DNA from: a virus
Lineage: Duplodnaviria > Heunggongvirae > Uroviricota > Caudoviricetes
Strand: one strand, 5' to 3'
Virus record (IMG/VR): IMGVR_UViG_2695420589_000009
DNA length: 4,466 nucleotides
Position 1 is the first letter of the stretch. Every line of letters begins with the position of its first letter. The notes beneath the pieces were generated by a model that saw only the letters and a list, made by a program, of their open reading frames with translations, made no database searches and was not told the DNA's origin. The position numbers and the translations under genes were made by a program. Shown in pieces: positions 1 through 4,466 of the stretch.

Positions 1-81
1 GATATTTGCGAGAATGCTACCGAGTATTGAAAACACCACTACAAATACATAAGCAAATCCCAACAAATAACCAACAAATAA

Positions 82-1164
82 TTGAAAAAATTAACAGTGG
101 CAATTTCTGCTGTAGCTGCATCAGTACTGATGGCGATGTCTGCTCAGGCAGCTGAAATTTATAATAAAGACAGTAACAAGCTGGATCTGTACGGGAAAGT
201 TAATGCTAAGCACTACTTCTCCTCTAATGATGCAGATGATGGTGATACTACTTATGCCCGTCTTGGCTTCAAAGGTGAAACCCAAATCAACGATCAACTG
301 ACTGGTTTCGGTCAGTGGGAATATGAATTCAAAGGCAACCGCGCTGAATCTCAAGGTTCCTCCAAAGATAAAACCCGTCTTGCCTTCGCTGGCCTGAAAT
401 TCGGTGACTACGGCTCCATCGATTACGGCCGTAACTACGGTGTAGCATACGACATCGGTGCGTGGACTGACGTCCTGCCAGAATTCGGTGGTGACACTTG
501 GACTCAAACAGATGTGTTCATGACTGGTCGCACCACTGGTGTTGCAACTTATCGTAACAACGACTTCTTTGGTCTGGTTGATGGTCTGAACTTTGCTGCT
601 CAGTATCAGGGTAAAAATGACCGCACTGACGTAACTGAAGCTAATGGTGATGGTTTCGGTTTCTCCACTACTTATGAGTATGAAGGATTCGGTGTAGGTG
701 CAACCTATGCTAAATCTGACCGCACTAATAATCAGGTTATCTACGGTAACAACAGCCTGAATGCATCTGGTCAAAATGCTGAAGTATGGGCAGCTGGTCT
801 GAAATATGATGCGAACAACATCTATCTGGCTACCACCTATTCTGAAACCCAGAACATGACTGTTTTTGGTAATAACCATATTGCCAACAAAGCACAAAAC
901 TTCGAAGTAGTTGCACAATATCAGTTCGACTTCGGTCTGCGTCCGTCCGTTGCTTACCTGCAATCTAAAGGAAAAGACTTGGGTGCGTGGGGTGATCAGG
1001 ACCTGGTTGAATATATTGATGTAGGTGCAACCTATTACTTCAACAAAAATATGTCCACTTTTGTTGATTACAAAATCAACCTGATTGATAAGAGCGATTT
1101 CACGAAAGCATCTGGCGTTGCTACCGATGATATCGTTGCTGTAGGTATGGTTTACCAGTTCTAA
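82..1164 (+). CDS. nmpC: Outer membrane porin, OmpC/OmpF/PhoE family, prophage-encoded NmpC/Lc(OmpD)-like; start codon appears to be TTG
   Basis: 360-aa ORF with a typical signal peptide ([23 protein letters not shown], cleavage after AQA), porin motifs and the beta-barrel C-terminal ...VYQF. The sequence matches my memory of E. coli NmpC almost along its whole length. Codon 82-84 is TTG and no Shine-Dalgarno is visible within 15 nt upstream. Confidence 0.9.
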   Translation: MKKLTVAISAVAASVLMAMSAQAAEIYNKDSNKLDLYGKVNAKHYFSSNDADDGDTTYARLGFKGETQINDQLTGFGQWEYEFKGNRAESQGSSKDKTRLAFAGLKFGDYGSIDYGRNYGVAYDIGAWTDVLPEFGGDTWTQTDVFMTGRTTGVATYRNNDFFGLVDGLNFAAQYQGKNDRTDVTEANGDGFGFSTTYEYEGFGVGATYAKSDRTNNQVIYGNNSLNASGQNAEVWAAGLKYDANNIYLATTYSETQNMTVFGNNHIANKAQNFEVVAQYQFDFGLRPSVAYLQSKGKDLGAWGDQDLVEYIDVGATYYFNKNMSTFVDYKINLIDKSDFTKASGVATDDIVAVGMVYQF

Positions 1165-1179
1165 TTTGATTACTAAAAG

Positions 1180-1235
1180 ATATGTTGCGGGAGGCTTTGC
1201 CTCCCCAACATATAAGTGGCTCCCTCAAGCCACTT
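1180..1235 (+). terminator. Two tandem stem-loops just 3' of the porin stop; possible transcript 3' end or stabiliser, with no canonical U-tract
   Basis: Hairpin 1: ATATGTTG-C-GGGAGG / CTTTG loop / CCTCCC-CAACATAT (1180..1213). Hairpin 2: AAGTGGCT / CCCTCA loop / AGCCACTT (1214..1235). Neither is followed by a T-run on either strand. Confidence 0.3.
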
Positions 1236-1300
1236 CCTTTAGGAGCACAACCTTGCTTCTAACTATATAAACCTTCTGTTATATATTACCCTTTATTTTT

Positions 1301-1336
1301 NNNNNNNNNNNNNNNNNNNNNNNNNNNNNNNNNNNN
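1301..1336. other. Run of 36 N (assembly gap or masked bases) in the Q/porin intergenic region
   Basis: Literal n characters at 1301..1336. Confidence 0.99.
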
Positions 1337-1370
1337 GGGGCGTTGCAACGCCCCATTTTTAATAATTTTT
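1337..1370 (+). terminator. Perfect 18-bp palindrome GGGGCGTTGCAACGCCCC followed by ATTTTTAATAATTTTT; intrinsic-terminator-like for + strand transcripts
   Basis: GC-rich stem (GGGGCGT/ACGCCCC, loop TGCA) directly followed by a T-rich tract on the + strand. On the - strand an A-tract precedes it and the downstream side is hidden by the N run, so bidirectionality cannot be judged. Confidence 0.45.
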
Positions 1371-1387
1371 AGTAAACAATTGGCATA

Positions 1388-1771
1388 TTAATTAGAGTTA
1401 TTAACAACGATATCCATCTCTAACCGGATATCTAATGCCATTAACATCCCTTCAATTATGCCCTCAGCCTTCTGTAACCTTTTCCCGATATAACCATCAG
1501 AGCAGCAATGCTTACCTGCCAGTGACATGAATGTCATACCGACTACATAATAATCTACTAATAAATCGTGCAAATCGCTGTTGTTCTTTTTCAGACGGGC
1601 CATGCACCCGCAAATAATCATCGCGTCATCGTCACAACATTGCGGGCGAGATTTTACTTTTGAAGTAATTAATCCCTTAAAACCGGCGGCAATGGACGAC
1701 CAGGTCACATCTTCATGATTATTAGCCGCCCACGCTCCCCAACGCTCAAGAACCATCTGAATATCACGCAT
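1388..1771 (-). CDS. quuD: Late-gene antitermination protein Q (phage 82 / DLP12 QuuD type)
   Basis: Translation [35 protein letters not shown]... with the Cys-rich zinc-binding region, matching my memory of QuuD. I place the start at ATG 1771 (127 aa), which has SD GGAG 7 nt upstream, rather than the TTG at 1786 used by the ORF track. Confidence 0.9.
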   Translation of the reverse strand: MRDIQMVLERWGAWAANNHEDVTWSSIAAGFKGLITSKVKSRPQCCDDDAMIICGCMARLKKNNSDLHDLLVDYYVVGMTFMSLAGKHCCSDGYIGKRLQKAEGIIEGMLMALDIRLEMDIVVNNSN

Positions 1772-1856
1772 CAACTTACTCCACAAAAATCAGACCAGAA
1801 CGCCAATTACAAGCAAAAATCAACAAAACAGTATTAGTTGATTGTTATCTCTGACT

Positions 1857-1997
1857 TCATACTCCTGCTCCTGTCAGGGTTTTGGCGTAATTCTTCAGTA
1901 TTCGGTAATCGGTCAAAACAGAACCGGGGAAACGATATAAGCGCAGATGCCCCCAGCGGTGGCGAAGAAGTTCTGCCATATAAAACTCAAACATCAT
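1857..1997 (-). CDS. ylcG: Small protein YlcG-like (46 aa), DLP12-type nin region
   Basis: Not in the ORF track (too short). My translation of the - strand gives [54 protein letters not shown] lies about 5 nt upstream. Its ATG overlaps the rusA stop (ATGA). Position between rusA and Q is as in DLP12. Confidence 0.6.
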   Translation of the reverse strand: MMFEFYMAELLRHRWGHLRLYRFPGSVLTDYRILKNYAKTLTGAGV

Positions 1998-2356
1998 TCA
2001 TTCCCCATTTCGGTGATGGTCAGTTCCAGCCTCCCACCTTTGGTAACAGGCATCTTCACAACGCGGTAATCAACGACCTGAGCATCATCCAGCCAGAAAC
2101 CTGCTTTGGTGAGTGCGTCAAAAGCGGCTTTTTGCAGATTATCCAGGTCACGGCGACGGCGATCCGGCATGTGGCACTCAATACGGATTTTCACTGGCAT
2201 AGCCAGGCCGATATCCAGCATTGCGTTTTTAATGATTCGGGTGACGTTATCGCGGTATGCCTGCCCTTCTGCGCTGATGTGTGTGCGCCCGCGATTATGG
2301 CGGTAATAGCGGTTATTGCTCGGAGGCCAGGGTAATGTGATGCTGTAGGTATTCAC
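1994..2356 (-). CDS. rusA: Crossover junction endodeoxyribonuclease RusA (Holliday junction resolvase)
   Basis: 120-aa translation [25 protein letters not shown]...LTITEMGNE matches RusA from memory. Start is GTG at 2354-2356, overlapping the ybcO stop (GTGA). Confidence 0.93.
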   Translation of the reverse strand: MNTYSITLPWPPSNNRYYRHNRGRTHISAEGQAYRDNVTRIIKNAMLDIGLAMPVKIRIECHMPDRRRRDLDNLQKAAFDALTKAGFWLDDAQVVDYRVVKMPVTKGGRLELTITEMGNE

Positions 2357-2643
2357 GCCTTAATAACCCCCTCTTTCAGCCAGATAACCTGCGTTCTCGC
2401 CATACCTTCCAGCGCGCATTCTTTTGCATACTCAGCATCGACAAAATATGTGCGGCGGTCGATTTCGTCGTGACAGGCAGAACATGCAATGGTGGCAATC
2501 AGGTCTGGCGGTTTGATACCGGTACCGCACAATCCAGCCAGCCGGATATGTGCCAGTACTGACGTTTCAGGATTGCCATTACATACGCCAGGGATTCTTA
2601 CCTGGCATTCCCGACCACGCGCTGCTTTTCTCAAATCAGCCAT
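2353..2643 (-). CDS. ybcO: YbcO-like (DUF1364) putative nuclease, Cys/His-rich
   Basis: Translation [64 protein letters not shown]... I place the start at ATG 2643 (96 aa), which has a strong SD AAGGAGG, rather than the upstream start at 2682 in the ORF track. Confidence 0.85.
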   Translation of the reverse strand: MADLRKAARGRECQVRIPGVCNGNPETSVLAHIRLAGLCGTGIKPPDLIATIACSACHDEIDRRTYFVDAEYAKECALEGMARTQVIWLKEGVIKA

Positions 2644-2806
2644 GATTCCTCCTTGCTGCCAGTCGCAACCATTTTTTATCAACCAGGCTAGCGGTATATC
2701 CGAGCAGTGTTGGTATTTCGGATGGCTTCAGCTCAGGCTTACGCTTACGACGATTTGATACTCTGTAGATGTGCCCGTTCATGACACGAATAAGCGGTGT
2801 AGCCAT
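2636..2806 (-). CDS. ninE: NinE-family protein (56 aa)
   Basis: Not in the ORF track. My translation: [56 protein letters not shown]. It is basic and Arg/Lys-rich and resembles lambda NinE (KRKP...WLR..AR). Its ATG overlaps the ybcN stop (TAATG) and its 3' end overlaps the ybcO start by 8 nt. Confidence 0.7.
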   Translation of the reverse strand: MATPLIRVMNGHIYRVSNRRKRKPELKPSEIPTLLGYTASLVDKKWLRLAARRNHG

Positions 2807-3261
2807 TACGCCTCCTGCTTATCGCGCAGCTGCTGGTATTCACAGCTCTGCGGAATTGTCAGGTGGCAGCCGATATTCATCGCCCAGGCTTCGACTTTGC
2901 ACAGGAAGATGTACATCTCGCCGGTTTCCAGCTCTGACGTATGGCGGAGGGATTGGACGGTGGTGACCTCGCCGGACACGACATCTACACGGTCTTTGCT
3001 TTCGTAGCCGAGATAGGTGTGCTTCATCGCGTCTTTGACCCACTCAGGCGTAGCGAAGGTCTTGCCGCGGGCGATGAGATATTCGCTGATCTCCGTGTAC
3101 CACATGTGGCTGAGCGCGTTCTGCGACAGGCTGCGCTTCTCGCGCCACGGCTTAACCTGCAGGCGTAAGCATTGCCCGGCATCCAGCAATGGCTGAATCT
3201 GCTGGCCGATGGCCGCGAAGTTACCGCGATGGAGTTTGATGCCGTCTACTGGCAGAGTCAT
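2806..3261 (-). CDS. ybcN: YbcN-like (DUF1367) nin-region protein
   Basis: 151-aa ORF MTLPVDGIKLHRGNFAAIGQQIQPLLDAGQCLRLQVKPWREKRSLSQNALSHMWYTEI..., with SD GGGAGG upstream of ATG 3261. Position and length match DLP12 ybcN. Confidence 0.85.
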   Translation of the reverse strand: MTLPVDGIKLHRGNFAAIGQQIQPLLDAGQCLRLQVKPWREKRSLSQNALSHMWYTEISEYLIARGKTFATPEWVKDAMKHTYLGYESKDRVDVVSGEVTTVQSLRHTSELETGEMYIFLCKVEAWAMNIGCHLTIPQSCEYQQLRDKQEA

Positions 3262-3353
3262 ACGGCCTCCCTAACGGAAACCGCAGAATGCAGAAAATCG
3301 CAGGTGCATTTCTGCATCTGTGACAAGGTGATGAGTTCAGATTGTGGTCGCAT
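3258..3353 (-). CDS. Small ORF (31 aa), possibly YlcH-like, translationally coupled to ybcN
   Basis: My translation: MRPQSELITLSQMQKCTCDFLHSAVSVREAV. SD AAGGGG lies 6-7 nt upstream of its ATG. Its TGA overlaps the ybcN ATG (ATGA). Too short to call confidently from sequence alone. Confidence 0.4.
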   Translation of the reverse strand: MRPQSELITLSQMQKCTCDFLHSAVSVREAV

Positions 3354-3372
3354 TTAAGTCCCCTTAAATGCG
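3349..3372 (-). promoter_or_regulatory. 10-bp-stem hairpin (CGCATTTAAG / 4-nt loop / CTTAAATGCG) enclosing the SD and start codon of the small ORF
   Basis: Perfect inverted repeat. On the - strand mRNA the loop is GGGA (part of the SD) and the AUG lies in the 3' arm of the stem. Confidence 0.35.
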
Positions 3373-3483
3373 CAGAAGTCACCGGAGTTGTTCAGGCTCC
3401 GATGAGAGGATTATGGCGGATTGATTACGATAAATCAAAACTATCTTGAAGCCAAAACAGTGATCTTCGCTTTAAAAACCTTG

Positions 3484-3489
3484 TATACT
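3484..3489 (+). promoter_or_regulatory. Candidate -10 hexamer (TATACT) for the AT-rich cassette; no convincing -35
   Basis: TATACT lies 36 nt upstream of ATG 3526, preceded by TTG. The best -35-like element (TTGAAG, 3446..3451) is too far away to pair with it. Weak call. Confidence 0.2.
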
Positions 3490-3525
3490 TTCACCTAATC
3501 ACAGCCAGAACTATGGATCTAACCA

Positions 3526-3903
3526 ATGACCAACAAAGAAAACAAAGATAAATATATTAACAAGTTCAAGAAAGAGCTTTCAAAATATATACAACCAACT
3601 GCTGGAGTGGACATTCAATTATTTAACTCTAAGGATGGTGGTGGTGTAATTAAAGCCACTTTGAATAGAAGTGGAAAAAGAAAATCATCTATTGCTGGTA
3701 ATTTTACTAAATTAGGTGAGGCAATTACCTCGAGTGGGCAGAGGGTTTTTGGTGGTGATCTATCAAATGTGAATTTTTACGGAACAAATACGATTTTTGA
3801 TGGAGATACAATATTTTTAATTAAATCACCTGATTCAGAGGAGTGGTCATCACAAAAAGCTTCCAAAGACGTAGAGGGCATCGTATTTGGAGGGAAAAAA
3901 TGA
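3526..3903 (+). CDS. Hypothetical soluble protein, 125 aa, Lys-rich N-terminus and Gly-rich beta-like middle; first gene of the AT-rich cassette
   Basis: ORF in strongly AT-rich DNA with AT-biased codon usage. Only a weak SD (GGA about 8 nt upstream). No signal peptide or TM segment. Stop overlaps the start of the next ORF (ATGA). I recognise no family. Confidence 0.7.
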   Translation: MTNKENKDKYINKFKKELSKYIQPTAGVDIQLFNSKDGGGVIKATLNRSGKRKSSIAGNFTKLGEAITSSGQRVFGGDLSNVNFYGTNTIFDGDTIFLIKSPDSEEWSSQKASKDVEGIVFGGKK

Positions 3904-4328
3904 TTAACATTACTACTAAGGATGGCACTCAAGTCAGTGGTGAAGTAAGAGATCTAGTAATTCTTCTTGAAACTGATGGAAAAACGGTGTCTGATTATTT
4001 GCAGCCAATCCCTCCCAAAAAAGATACACACTGGAGCATGATTTTCATTCCGGTAGCAATTTATATACTACTTAATCTTGTATACATTATTGCTCACCCA
4101 TTATTTCCTGAAAAATATCTAAAAACATCAACATCTATATTTCTATTCATTTCCTTCATATTAAGTGCAATAGTAGCATATTTTGTTTTCCATAAGCATA
4201 AATCTGCCACTCTATCCATATGCAGCTTAGTGTTCTTAGTGTTAATTGTAGGTGCTAACGTAGGGTTTATCAGTTACAGCGACCTAACACAAAAAGCGAC
4301 GCAAAAATTAGATAGTTTGTCTAAATAA
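3900..4328 (+). CDS. Hypothetical small membrane protein, 142 aa, soluble N-terminal ~45 aa then three predicted TM helices; second gene of the AT-rich cassette
   Basis: ATG at 3900 preceded by SD GGAGGG with 5-nt spacing. Hydrophobic segments MIFIPVAIYILLNLVYIIAHPLF, SIFLFISFILSAIVAYFVF and LSICSLVFLVLIVGANVGFISY. The GTG at 3843 in the ORF track is an in-frame upstream extension that I reject. Confidence 0.75.
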   Translation: MINITTKDGTQVSGEVRDLVILLETDGKTVSDYLQPIPPKKDTHWSMIFIPVAIYILLNLVYIIAHPLFPEKYLKTSTSIFLFISFILSAIVAYFVFHKHKSATLSICSLVFLVLIVGANVGFISYSDLTQKATQKLDSLSK

Positions 4329-4335
4329 TTATGTT

Positions 4336-4356
4336 GCCATGCGAAGTATGCATGGC
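4336..4356 (+). terminator. Stem-loop GCCATGC / GAAGTAT / GCATGGC just after the cassette stop, followed by palindrome CCATTTAAAATGG (4371..4383); weak terminator candidate
   Basis: Inverted repeats are seen directly; no clean U-tract follows. Confidence 0.2.
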
Positions 4357-4435
4357 TGCATGTCTGCCTTCCATTTAAAATGGGCTAAGACCTATAACCC
4401 TAAATATTATTCTTTATTATCTTCTTTACCACTTC

Positions 4436-4466
4436 GGTGATGCTGCCAACTTACTGATTTAGTGTA
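4436..4466 (+). mobile_element. Left end (IRL) of insertion sequence IS1, truncated by the window edge
   Basis: GGTGATGCTGCCAACTTACTGATTTAGTGTA matches the IS1 left terminal inverted repeat and the following bases as I remember them. Only 31 bp are in the window. Confidence 0.7.

Noticed and set aside
1-81. Possible porin promoter (TTGAAA at 27..32)
   Set aside because: No acceptable -10 at correct spacing. Porin promoters usually lie further upstream with long 5' UTRs, so it is probably outside the window.
121-963. 280-aa ORF on the - strand
   Set aside because: Lies entirely antisense within the well-supported porin gene; its translation is low-complexity with no recognisable features. 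Shadow ORF.
1772-1786. TTG start at 1786 for Q (132 aa)
   Set aside because: The in-frame ATG at 1771 has a well-spaced GGAG SD and gives the canonical 127-aa Q beginning MRDIQ.
1838-2335. 165-aa ORF on the + strand (and nested 66-aa ORF 2106..2306)
   Set aside because: Antisense to rusA and ylcG, which have strong protein-level identity and coupled starts. No SD; Arg/Cys-rich composition typical of antisense frames of GC-rich genes.
2644-2682. Upstream extension of ybcO to 2682 (109 aa)
   Set aside because: The extension would run through the ninE coding region. ATG 2643 has SD AAGGAGG and gives the expected 96-aa protein.
2489-2758. 89-aa ORF on the + strand
   Set aside because: Antisense to ybcO and ninE; no independent support.
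2769-3168. + strand ORFs 2769..2966, 2771..3007 and 2941..3168, and - strand ORF 2840..3043
   Set aside because: All overlap ybcN in alternative or antisense frames; Arg/Pro-rich translations characteristic of spurious frames.
3172-3357. 61-aa ORF on the + strand
   Set aside because: Overlaps the ybcN 5' end and the coupled small ORF in antisense; no SD.
3843-3899. GTG start at 3843 for the membrane protein (161 aa)
   Set aside because: This would overlap the upstream ORF by 60 nt in another frame. ATG 3900 has a strong GGAGGG SD and the classic ATGA coupling overlap.
1-4466. CRISPR arrays, tRNA or rRNA genes
   Set aside because: No regularly spaced direct repeats and no cloverleaf-like or rRNA-like conserved stretches were seen on either strand.

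Overview
This window is a piece of a lambdoid prophage of the DLP12 / phage-82 type, as found in E. coli-like enterobacteria. It carries a prophage-borne OmpC-family porin (NmpC/Lc-like) on the + strand at 82..1164. On the - strand, 1388..3353, sits a tightly coupled nin-region/antiterminator operon whose stop and start codons overlap: ylcH-like small ORF, ybcN, ninE, ybcO, rusA, ylcG, then Q antiterminator (quuD-like). A 36-nt run of N (1301..1336) interrupts the Q/porin intergenic region, exactly where the late promoter and qut site would be expected. The most interesting part is 3420..4435: a strongly AT-rich segment on the opposite (+) strand encoding two translationally coupled ORFs that I cannot match to any family from memory. 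One is a 125-aa Lys/Gly-rich soluble protein; the other is a 142-aa protein with a ~45-aa soluble N-terminus and three predicted transmembrane helices. The window then ends in the left terminal inverted repeat of IS1 (4436..4466). I read the AT-rich pair as a horizontally acquired moron, plausibly a lysogen-expressed superinfection-exclusion or abortive-infection module; this is inference from composition, orientation and architecture only. No rRNA, tRNA or CRISPR array is visible. All identifications come from reading the translations and recalling the families; no searches were run.
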